NCBI GenBank assembly: GCA_003602475.1 | Contig: QQSC01000006.1 | Span: forward strand, 32,116 to 96,115 | DNA: 64,000 nucleotides | Origin: Candidatus Poseidoniales archaeon | GTDB taxonomy: Archaea > Thermoplasmatota > Poseidoniia > Poseidoniales > Poseidoniaceae | Reading direction: 5' to 3' | Shown here: piece after piece, positions 56,609 through 64,000 of the stretch | Numbering within the stretch: the first letter of the stretch is position 1 | Layout of the letters: every line of letters begins with the position of its first letter | The notes under the pieces: model-generated | What the model was told of the DNA's origin: nothing | Database searches by the model: none | The model's input: only the letters and a program-made list of their open reading frames with translations | Translations under genes and position numbers: made by a program

Positions 56609-58786
56609 ATGTCAAGCAAGCCAACGATGGTGCTGCTCTCCATCGGCCTCTTGCTTGTGCTCAGCACCTCTCCGTTTGCAACGGCCAACACTTCGGAGGA
56701 ATCCACGCCTGAATTGATGACCAGAATCATGATGATGCCTCCGGAGGCTGAAGTGACGGGCATGCACGTCGATGCCAACGGCAACTTCTTTGTCAACGCC
56801 ATGCACCCGGACGAAGACCGGTACAGGGCAACGATTGGCGTCATCAATGGCGTGGATTGGAACCAGCTCCCACCAACCGTCCCGGAACTTCCCTCGACCA
56901 GCACAGAAGACGACATATGGCATGGAATTCGAACATCGTACGGATCGTATCAGGTGATTTTACAGAGCGGAGATGAACTGTCAGAAGGAGGTCTTGCAGG
57001 AGGCATTTACGCTGCTGAAGACGGCTCGCAACTTCTTTTGAGCAAGAAACCCGACTACAACGCCTTTGTTCCCCTGAACGACGAAGGCAACCGAGGCTAC
57101 CTCTACACCGCATGGGAAGATCGACCGGCCGGTCTGAGCCAGTTGGAATTGGAACGAAACGACACGTCCTCTGAATGGGCGGTGATGGGTGGAAAGATGT
57201 TGAACCTCAGCAGCATCAACGGAGGCTGGGTGTTTTGTTTCGGCAGCATGAGTCCTTGGGGCTCTCCGCTGTTTTCCGAGGAATTGTACTTTGACAACAC
57301 CGAAGCATGGAACGATGAAAGTTTCCGATACCACGCCGACCAAACCAAGTTGGAGCGTTATCTTGGCCACTACCCCAACCCCTACGATTACGGCTACATC
57401 GTTGAAGTTGAGAACGCCACAACCTCGGAACCCAACCTTACAAAACACGTCGCCATGGGTCGCTTCTCACACGAAAATGCAGCCGTGATGCCGGATGAAC
57501 GGACCGTTTATTTGACCGACGACGGCTACGACACGGTCTTGTTCAAGTTCGTCGCTGACACGGCAGGAGATCTCTCCGCTGGAACCCTGTTCGCAGCGCG
57601 AGTTGACCAAGACAACACGAGGGATTCGAGCACGACCGGGTTTGATGTCGAATGGATGGAGATGGCCTCATCATCCAATGGTGAAATTCAATCTTGGATT
57701 GACGAGTACAACGGCATCACGACCGACGATTTCATTGCAGGTCAGAGCAGCTACATCACCGACGAGGAAATCAACGATTGGGCTGAAGGGCGTTTGAACG
57801 AAGACCTGAACGGAGACGGTACGGTCGGTTCTGCCAACGATGACCGTGTGGCCTTCCTTGAATCACGTAAAGCAGCCGCCGCTCTCGGCGCCAGTGACGA
57901 ATGGAACAAAATGGAGGGGGTCGCCTTCAATCCGAATGTTCCAGATCACCTCTATCTTGCCATGTCAAGGATTGAATCCGCCATGAGCGACGGACAAGGT
58001 GATATCGACGTCAGCCAGAATTCATGCGGGATCGTCTATCGGATGACCATGAGCGAACAGTGGAACGTCAATCGAATCGTTCCTGCGATTTCCGGAGGCC
58101 CGTACAATCCCTCGGCTCAATACGCATGCGATGTGAACAACTTGGCCGGCCCAGACAATCTCCTCGTTCTTGATGACGGACGGGTTCTCATTGGAGAGGA
58201 CACCAACAAACACGAAAGCAACATGGTATGGCTTTGGGGAGAGGTTAGATCCTCAGTGCAAGGAAGGGAAAACATCACGTTGAACCCTGGTGTTGTGCTC
58301 AGCACCCTTGAGAGCAACGAGAGGATTTGGACCTACACTTACGATGCGGAAGTCAACGACCTTCACCACGATTCGACCTACACGGGCTTCATCTCCGTGA
58401 AGGAAGTTGGTGAAGATGAACTGCAGGCGTTTGGTTTGTGGACGGGCATTGACACAAGCGGGGAGCGACACAACCAAACGTTCTCATTGGACACCGGCTG
58501 TTATGTCATCAACGCCTCACTGTACGAGGCCGATGACCTCAACACCAATGCAGGGAACGCCACGCTTCTGTCCTCTGCCATCTCCGATGTTGTGATTGGT
58601 CACGGCACGTGCATCAACGGTGTGTACGCCGATGAGGTTGCAAATCAGCAAAACGATACAGATGAAGAACAACCTCCGGATGTTGTCGAACCATCGAGCG
58701 AAGCACTTGCTGGATTCACGGCGTTTCTCGCCATAACCGCTCTTCTTGGGGCAACCTGCGTGCCCTCAAACCGCAAACCGCTCTGA
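56609..58786 (+). CDS. Secreted PhoX/DUF839-like beta-propeller protein with PGF-CTERM-like anchor
   Basis: It has a signal peptide (MVLLSIGLLLVLSTSPFATA). PhoX-like stretches are MGRFSHENAAVMPDERTVYLTDDGYDTVLFKFV...GTLFAA and LAGPDNLLVLDDGRVLIGEDT. After an acidic/polar (Asp/Glu/Gln/Pro-rich) linker, the C-terminus reads AGFTAFLAITALLGATCVPSNRKPL. Confidence 0.68.
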   Translation: MSSKPTMVLLSIGLLLVLSTSPFATANTSEESTPELMTRIMMMPPEAEVTGMHVDANGNFFVNAMHPDEDRYRATIGVINGVDWNQLPPTVPELPSTSTEDDIWHGIRTSYGSYQVILQSGDELSEGGLAGGIYAAEDGSQLLLSKKPDYNAFVPLNDEGNRGYLYTAWEDRPAGLSQLELERNDTSSEWAVMGGKMLNLSSINGGWVFCFGSMSPWGSPLFSEELYFDNTEAWNDESFRYHADQTKLERYLGHYPNPYDYGYIVEVENATTSEPNLTKHVAMGRFSHENAAVMPDERTVYLTDDGYDTVLFKFVADTAGDLSAGTLFAARVDQDNTRDSSTTGFDVEWMEMASSSNGEIQSWIDEYNGITTDDFIAGQSSYITDEEINDWAEGRLNEDLNGDGTVGSANDDRVAFLESRKAAAALGASDEWNKMEGVAFNPNVPDHLYLAMSRIESAMSDGQGDIDVSQNSCGIVYRMTMSEQWNVNRIVPAISGGPYNPSAQYACDVNNLAGPDNLLVLDDGRVLIGEDTNKHESNMVWLWGEVRSSVQGRENITLNPGVVLSTLESNERIWTYTYDAEVNDLHHDSTYTGFISVKEVGEDELQAFGLWTGIDTSGERHNQTFSLDTGCYVINASLYEADDLNTNAGNATLLSSAISDVVIGHGTCINGVYADEVANQQNDTDEEQPPDVVEPSSEALAGFTAFLAITALLGATCVPSNRKPL

Positions 58787-58864
58787 GGTGTTTCCGGATG
58801 TTAGCCCTGCTGTCCAAATTGGAGCATCGGTGTCGCACAGCCTCGGTTTGATGACGAGGGCAAC

Positions 58865-59917
58865 TCAATCGCATTGGTTGCGACGGAAGATCGGTACGGC
58901 CAGCAACACGAACATCACCGTTGATGTTACGGAGAAGGGGCTGGTTAAGTTCACTGTAATGTCCGAGCCCGTGTCGTTTGAAACCTGTTCCGGAATGGGA
59001 ACCACGCCTTCCCAAGTTGGGCATTCATCGTAATATGTTTGGTAGGCACGCCAATCGTTGGTTCGAAACTCAATATAAGTCCGCAATCGTATTTCGTAAT
59101 GTTCTGGGCTTTCCGAAAAATCCCATGATGCCGTGAAGGTTCTTTCTACAGTTTCACCAGCCTCCAAACTCAATTCTGAATTAAATTCCAAATCAATCGG
59201 CCCAAATTTGGACTCTTGATATTCAACCACCTCATCTCTGATGAGATCTCGAATACGAATCACGGGGATGAACGATACTTCGATTTCTGCCGAGTCTCCA
59301 TAATTACCGTCAGATTGTACAGTGACGACAAGTTCAGATTGATCAGATTTTTGACACGTAACTCGATTTGTATCGTAAGCATAAGCGGTTTCAGGAGTCG
59401 CCTCATGTTCCATCAAGAGCGTCATCCATGGGTAAATATGGACAGTGGAGATTTCCTCAGAGGGTTCACACTCATCGCACGGAATCACGTAAGAATACCT
59501 GATCACTTCTGCGCTGGATGTCAAGGAGGATTCCCCTGCTGGTGCGTACTTGTCAGCGGAAAGGACGTAACAAAAGGTTACAGTTGAAGTGGCCTGAACA
59601 AAGATCTCATTGCCTATTTCGTTGTCCGTGCAGTAGCCCCACTCAGAAATTTCGTAAGGCCCAGCAATGTCGTGGTCCCAATCATTTGTTATTTGGACCG
59701 TCACATCGTGAGGGTTGTTGTTGATGATTGAACATTGGATTGAATATGAATTCCATTCGTATTCGACATCGAGATGGACCTCATCATCGCAATAATAATC
59801 GATTTCAGGTGCGTATGGATTTTGTTGGCCCATGGCGCTGTGAACACAAGAAAACAGAAACAAAAAAACGATGCCAAGAAATTTTATGCGTGATAAAAGC
59901 CTGTCCAATCGTAACAT
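58865..59917 (-). CDS. Secreted hypothetical protein with C-terminal TM/basic anchor
   Basis: It has a signal peptide (FLGIVFLFLFSCVHSAMG) and the C-terminus SPFSVTSTVMFVLLAVPIFRRNQCD. I recognise no family. Confidence 0.5.
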   Translation of the reverse strand: MLRLDRLLSRIKFLGIVFLFLFSCVHSAMGQQNPYAPEIDYYCDDEVHLDVEYEWNSYSIQCSIINNNPHDVTVQITNDWDHDIAGPYEISEWGYCTDNEIGNEIFVQATSTVTFCYVLSADKYAPAGESSLTSSAEVIRYSYVIPCDECEPSEEISTVHIYPWMTLLMEHEATPETAYAYDTNRVTCQKSDQSELVVTVQSDGNYGDSAEIEVSFIPVIRIRDLIRDEVVEYQESKFGPIDLEFNSELSLEAGETVERTFTASWDFSESPEHYEIRLRTYIEFRTNDWRAYQTYYDECPTWEGVVPIPEQVSNDTGSDITVNLTSPFSVTSTVMFVLLAVPIFRRNQCD

Positions 59918-60126
59918 AAGGAGGACTTCTTATCCATTCATAGTAAGTCTTCTCCCGGTTTTGAACACGATGTTACTCGCAATGACGGTTTCGGGGATGT
60001 CTTGGTCGCCGCACCCAACATCGGTTGGGGTGTCTGCGAGTCCACGGAAACCGCGACGGAGAATTTCGTCGTGCGACCGACATCTCATCGGCCACAGATA
60101 TGGATTCAAAGGGGCGAAAGCCGGCC

Positions 60127-60474
60127 TCATTGTCCAACAAGTTGGTAATCCTCGGAGAGCGGTGTCGCACCGGTTTCCATGAGGATGATTTGGCCGTCTT
60201 TGAATCGCATGAAGGACATGACAGCTTCGGAGTCGGAATCGTTGGCGAAATGAACAATGGAATGGGCAACGCCCACTTCGTCGTTTTCGAACAATATGCG
60301 ATTGTGTTCTGATCGAGGTGTGCTACCGCCACTTACGAAGCCAAGAATATCCGATTTGTTCATCGTGATGCCGCCGACATGGGGATTGAACACGCAATCG
60401 TCGTGAATGATCTTGGCCAGTGCGTCGACGTCTGCGTTTTCCCAAGCGGTGTTGTATGCGGTAATGATTGACAT
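60127..60474 (-). CDS. SnoaL-like / NTF2-fold small protein
   Basis: This 115-aa protein begins MSIITAYNTAWENADVDALAKIIHDDCVF, which is typical of the SnoaL-like family. Confidence 0.55.
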   Translation of the reverse strand: MSIITAYNTAWENADVDALAKIIHDDCVFNPHVGGITMNKSDILGFVSGGSTPRSEHNRILFENDEVGVAHSIVHFANDSDSEAVMSFMRFKDGQIILMETGATPLSEDYQLVGQ

Positions 60475-60610
60475 GTCTAACCTGAATAAATCAAGAAATT
60501 TAAATTCATCGTTGCGAGGTGTTGTAATTTTTTCAAAAACACTCGTAGGTGTTCTGAGGAATGCTTGTATTCGCTAGAAAAGGAGATGCAGCCAAATGGT
60601 TCACGATAAA

Positions 60611-61429
60611 TCAAAGGCGACTGCGAAGGAGGACCAGGGCCATCAACGACATGTTGACGCCTAAAATCAACTCCGGCAGCCAGGAGAGGTTGCTTGTTGC
60701 AGCGAGCACCAAGATCACCAACGATTGGAGACCGAATCCCAAAGCGGAGGAGACGGTGAGTTCAAACACCAACGTTGGTGATCCCTTCCCCGAAAGTCGC
60801 TCCACAAATTGGTCTTGCCAACTGAAAAACAAAACGTAGATCGTGTGCAGGAAATTGACATGGGACTGTTTTTCCCACGGGTTGGCGACCGGCCGAACCC
60901 GTTCATCCACACGGCTGGTAGCGTCACCTGAACCGAGGGAGCGCATGAGAATGGAATAATGGTTGAACAAGGAATATTGGAACAACGTGGCAAGAATCAA
61001 GGCACAGGTGAGCAGCAGCGACCAATCAAAAACGCGTCCAAATGCCAGCATAACCGCTACCATCCCAATGGTGTCTGCCACGGTATCCCAATACCGTCCC
61101 ACATGCGAAGGCCGGTTTCGAATCCGAGCAAGTTCCCCATCAACGGCATCAATAACCCCCTTGACGACCAGGAGTGCACAGGCCAAAACGGCTTCATCCT
61201 CAAGGATTAACCACGCACAAAACAGAGTGAGCAGCAAATGGAGGTTCGTGACTTGCATCACGGGCACGGGCTTGTCTTTGAGGAAACGTGCCACAACCCG
61301 AGCGATGGGTCGACCCCATTCGGACAAATCAACGACGTCCTTGTCTCCGTATTTTTTGTATGCCACCAGGACGCCCGTCGCTGGCTCAAGCAACTCATAG
61401 ATAGCCTTCTCCTTTGCAATGGGCATCAA
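60611..61429 (-). CDS. CDP-alcohol phosphatidyltransferase (archaeal polar-lipid head-group synthase)
   Basis: The family motif D-x2-DG-x2-AR-x8-G-x3-D-x3-D is seen as DAVDGELARIRNRPSHVGRYWDTVADTIG. The protein is polytopic. Confidence 0.83.
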   Translation of the reverse strand: MMPIAKEKAIYELLEPATGVLVAYKKYGDKDVVDLSEWGRPIARVVARFLKDKPVPVMQVTNLHLLLTLFCAWLILEDEAVLACALLVVKGVIDAVDGELARIRNRPSHVGRYWDTVADTIGMVAVMLAFGRVFDWSLLLTCALILATLFQYSLFNHYSILMRSLGSGDATSRVDERVRPVANPWEKQSHVNFLHTIYVLFFSWQDQFVERLSGKGSPTLVFELTVSSALGFGLQSLVILVLAATSNLSWLPELILGVNMSLMALVLLRSRL

Positions 61430-61600
61430 TCACTCGTTCTCATGCACCTTTTTCGTGGCGGAGACATTGATGTGGGGTTCAGTTGAATCGTCACCTTCGG
61501 GATGATGTGCAGCAAAACCACTGAGGTGAAGGCCTTACCAATGATTCACCATCAAGTCATCAACAGCACACCAAACGGCACGCATATGAAATAAGGGTGA

Positions 61601-61906
61601 ATGAACCACCAAACGATATTCATGCGCTTGGAATGGACCGTTTACGCCTTCACATCCGCTCTGTTCTTTACGATTGGAGTTCTCATGTACCTCTTTGAGG
61701 CTGGACCGGAGGTTGCCGCGGCGGTCTTTGCGATTTTAACCGTGCTTTACGGCTGGGTCGCATGGGTGATGGTCAAGCGCGCAGCCGTCTTGGAATTGCA
61801 TGCTTACCAGGCTTGCACTTCTTGCAGTGCACTCACGCCCATGCAAGGGGCACACTGCATGAATTGCGGGATTCAAAACGGCAATTTTGTCGCAAACCAA
61901 GCGTGA
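61601..61906 (+). CDS. Small membrane protein (2 TM) with C-terminal zinc ribbon
   Basis: It has two hydrophobic helices followed by CTSC...CMNCG. I recognise no family. Confidence 0.4.
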   Translation: MNHQTIFMRLEWTVYAFTSALFFTIGVLMYLFEAGPEVAAAVFAILTVLYGWVAWVMVKRAAVLELHAYQACTSCSALTPMQGAHCMNCGIQNGNFVANQA

Positions 61907-61917
61907 AAATACAGCAT

Positions 61918-63441
61918 TCAGTAGGACTTCGCCAAAAGTACACGGCGGTTCGTTGGTACCCCAGTCATGTGACAGGGGCGTTGTTCATCGTAAGGGTCGG
62001 TGGCGTCGCCAAGGAATGAAAAACCTGTGATTCGCTCAATGGCTTCAGCATCGGCATCGGAACCGTCAAACGCCAATTCGTAGATGTGGCCGTCGTTGAC
62101 ATCACCCTCAAGTCGCCACTTGCCGTTGTCCTTGACCATGGGCGGAAGCGGTTGGACCACATCACCCATATGGGCGGTTGAGCGACGACGCAATTCATCG
62201 CTGATTTCGTCGAGCACACGGTAGCACTCGTCCACGATGTTGTCCATGGCCAGCGGTTCTTTGCCCCCCGTTCGACGGGCTGCAAATGCCGTCCCTTGGG
62301 AAATGTCTCGAGGCCCGATGTCCAAGCGAAGTGGAACGCCCTTGATCTCCCAATCGTAGTATTTTTGCCCGGGATGCAAATCACGGTCATCCACCTTAAC
62401 CCGGAGGCCACGAGAACGGAGCGTTTCAGCCACATCATGAGCGACAGCAACGGTGTCCACCTCTGCATTTTTCCGAATCATGGGACAGATGACAACTTGG
62501 AACGGAGCGATTTTAGGCGGCATGATCAGACCGTTCTCATCACCGTGCATGCCAACAATGGCGCCCAACAACCGCTCCGACATACCGTAAGTTGTTTGAT
62601 GACAATGTGTTTGCTTCGCGTTCAAGTCTTCGTACTTGACATCAAACGCTTTTGCCCATTGGTCCCGATAATGATGACAAGAGGCCACCTGAAGTGTTCG
62701 GCCGTTTGGCATGACAGCATCGATGCCGATGGTGTACCAAGCACCGGGGAACGTGTCCCATACGGGCCGTTTCGCTTTGATAATGGGCAAACAAAGGTCC
62801 GACATGATTCGGTCAACAATGTCCAAATCTTCTTCGATTTGGCGAGAAGCATCCGCTTCATCAGCGTGGGCAGTGTGAGCCTCAAAGAAATGAATTTCCC
62901 GAACACGAATGAACGAACGGGTTTGTTTGGTTTCGTATCGGAAGGTGTTGACCATTTGATAGATTTTCAAAGGGAGGTCTTTGTGAGAGCGAATCCAAAG
63001 TGGAAACATGGTGTACATGGCCGTTTCAGACGTCGGTCGAAGGAACATAGGGATGTCCAGTTCGTTGTCTCCGGCGTGCTTAACCCAATACACTTCTTTC
63101 TTGAAGCCACCATCCTCCTCTTCGTCTCGAAGGTCATCGGGGTCAACACCCTCTTCCCTTGCTCGCTTGAGTCGAGCCACCAAGGCGTTTTCCTTCTCGA
63201 GCAAATTCTCGGGGATCAACAACGGGAAGTTGACTTCCTCGTGCTCTGTGCGTTCCATTTCCGCATGGGTGAGTGCGTCGATGAGCTTCATCGTCTTCCA
63301 ACCGTACGGCCGCCAGACATCCATTCCTTTGATGGGGTATCGCTTGTCGACCAGTTCGGCAGCCTCCACCATGAAGGGGTACCATTCGTTGAAGTTCTCC
63401 GACTTGGAAGGAATGCCTCGCTTCGCTTTTCCATGGCCCAT
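61918..63441 (-). CDS. proS: Prolyl-tRNA synthetase (archaeal/eukaryal type)
   Basis: The sequence FNEWYPFMVEAAELVDKRYPIKGMDVWRPYGW...FLRPTSET...RVREIHFFEAH...SCHHYRDQWAKAFD is present. The longer ORF start at 63462 is an alternative. Confidence 0.93.
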   Translation of the reverse strand: MGHGKAKRGIPSKSENFNEWYPFMVEAAELVDKRYPIKGMDVWRPYGWKTMKLIDALTHAEMERTEHEEVNFPLLIPENLLEKENALVARLKRAREEGVDPDDLRDEEEDGGFKKEVYWVKHAGDNELDIPMFLRPTSETAMYTMFPLWIRSHKDLPLKIYQMVNTFRYETKQTRSFIRVREIHFFEAHTAHADEADASRQIEEDLDIVDRIMSDLCLPIIKAKRPVWDTFPGAWYTIGIDAVMPNGRTLQVASCHHYRDQWAKAFDVKYEDLNAKQTHCHQTTYGMSERLLGAIVGMHGDENGLIMPPKIAPFQVVICPMIRKNAEVDTVAVAHDVAETLRSRGLRVKVDDRDLHPGQKYYDWEIKGVPLRLDIGPRDISQGTAFAARRTGGKEPLAMDNIVDECYRVLDEISDELRRRSTAHMGDVVQPLPPMVKDNGKWRLEGDVNDGHIYELAFDGSDADAEAIERITGFSFLGDATDPYDEQRPCHMTGVPTNRRVLLAKSY

Positions 63442-63480
63442 GGTGGGGCGTGGTCGTGACACACATCAAGATGACGCTTT

Positions 63481-63738
63481 TTACGCCCCAGTCTCAAGAC
63501 GGTTTTTGGCCATCCCAAGCGCAACCAAAGCAGCACCGCACCACACCACCTCGAGGACGAGAAAGGCCCATTCCGAGATGAGGAGGGCCCTCACAGCCAA
63601 GAACCCCGAGCCCACCGCCATCAACACCAGGTATGTTGTTTGTTTGCTGTGCAACTTGCCTCGAGTTTCAAGAACAAAGGCCATCAAAATGGAGATCATA
63701 CCAATGTAAGCCAACCCTTCGCTGGCCACGTCCAGCAT
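63481..63738 (-). CDS. Small hypothetical membrane protein (about 3 TM)
   Basis: The 85-aa ORF from the internal ATG (MLDVASEGLAYIGMISILMAF...) is hydrophobic. The N-terminal part of the longer ORF is not protein-like. Confidence 0.4.
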   Translation of the reverse strand: MLDVASEGLAYIGMISILMAFVLETRGKLHSKQTTYLVLMAVGSGFLAVRALLISEWAFLVLEVVWCGAALVALGMAKNRLETGA

Positions 63739-63742
63739 CCTT

Positions 63743-64000
63743 TCACTTCCTGCGAGTGAACATGACCGTGCCGATGCAAGAGCCAATGATGGCCACCAAA
63801 TCGGGAACGCCGTATTGACCATCCAGGATGCTTTGGCTCCATCCCAAGCCGGTGGAGAGTTGATGCACAGAAATCCAATTGATCCGGGTGTATCCATCGG
63901 AAGGGCACAAGTCCGAAGGATCGCACATACCGCCCAAAAGAAGGCCGAAAAGACCGAACAGGTTGGCCACGCTGATGAGCAAACCTGAGGCAAAAATCAA
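63743..64000 (-). CDS. Hypothetical membrane protein (5' end beyond window edge)
   Basis: The frame is open to the window edge, with hydrophobic segments IFASGLLISVANLFGLFGLLLGG and LVAIIGSCIGTVMF. Its stop lies 4 nt before the next start. Confidence 0.35.
   Translation of the reverse strand: MIFASGLLISVANLFGLFGLLLGGMCDPSDLCPSDGYTRINWISVHQLSTGLGWSQSILDGQYGVPDLVAIIGSCIGTVMFTRRK

Noticed and set aside
56491-56916. An N-terminal 142-aa extension of the DUF488 ORF.
   Set aside because: It overlaps the signal-peptide-encoding start of the divergent PhoX-like gene and contributes no DUF488-like sequence. The family core begins near VQRIYLPP.
62296-63459. A 387-aa + strand ORF.
   Set aside because: It is entirely antisense to the prolyl-tRNA synthetase gene, whose identity is unambiguous. 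Its translation has no recognisable features.
63481-64000. A frameshifted pseudogene interpretation for the two membrane-like reading frames at the window end.
   Set aside because: The upstream frame ends in a stop at 63743, and an ATG in the next frame follows 4 nt later (63738). Each frame has its own hydrophobic segments. Two tandem small genes is the simpler reading, though a frameshift cannot be excluded without homologues.
1-64000. A search by eye for CRISPR arrays, IS elements/transposases, integrases, inteins in EF-2/RFC/Lhr, rRNA genes and long direct repeats.
   Set aside because: None was seen. There are no regularly spaced short repeats and no DDE or tyrosine-recombinase-like ORFs. 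The large genes have uninterrupted, colinear family motifs. A computational repeat search could still find short or diverged repeats that I missed.

Overview
This is an archaeal chromosomal segment, dense with housekeeping genes. Everything below comes from reading the ORF translations and the DNA by eye; no database search was run.

I support about 60 CDS and 2 tRNA genes. I saw no rRNA, CRISPR array, transposase or integrase.

The informational genes are archaeal in type:
- the uS12-uS7-aEF-2 str operon
- an exosome/proteasome superoperon: PsmA-SBDS-Rrp4-Rrp41-Rrp42-eL43-Pcc1-prefoldin beta-DHH phosphoesterase
- TiaS, the RFC large subunit, SRP54, class-II GlyRS and archaeal-type ProRS

Metabolic genes include a split transketolase plus transaldolase, PurB, and an isoprenoid-lipid set. 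That set comprises thiolase+DUF35, isopentenyl phosphate kinase, an IDI1-GGPP synthase fusion, a UbiD-family decarboxylase and a CDP-alcohol phosphatidyltransferase. TrkA/TrkH is also present.

The gene content, together with large secreted and anchored proteins, suggests a marine planktonic euryarchaeote, possibly similar to Thermoplasmatota / Marine Group II. This is inference only.

Observations most worth a second look:
1. A MamK-like actin homologue sits next to an unrecognised protein with a zinc ribbon at each end.
2. An archaeosortase-like gene is present, along with two adjacent secreted proteins that have PGF-CTERM-like tails.
3. A surface protein of about 1230 aa combines CTLD, LamG, PPC, EF-hand and TSP3 modules with a cytoplasmic tail.
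4. An Lhr helicase is 1760 aa, roughly twice the usual archaeal length.
5. A single ORF fuses IDI1 to GGPP synthase and lies beside IPK.
6. A roughly 450 bp hairpin-rich non-coding spacer interrupts the S7/EF-2 junction.
7. An ArsA/Get3-HSP20 fusion lies directly upstream of SRP54.
8. A KaiC/RecA-like protein with a degenerate P-loop is flanked by small membrane proteins.
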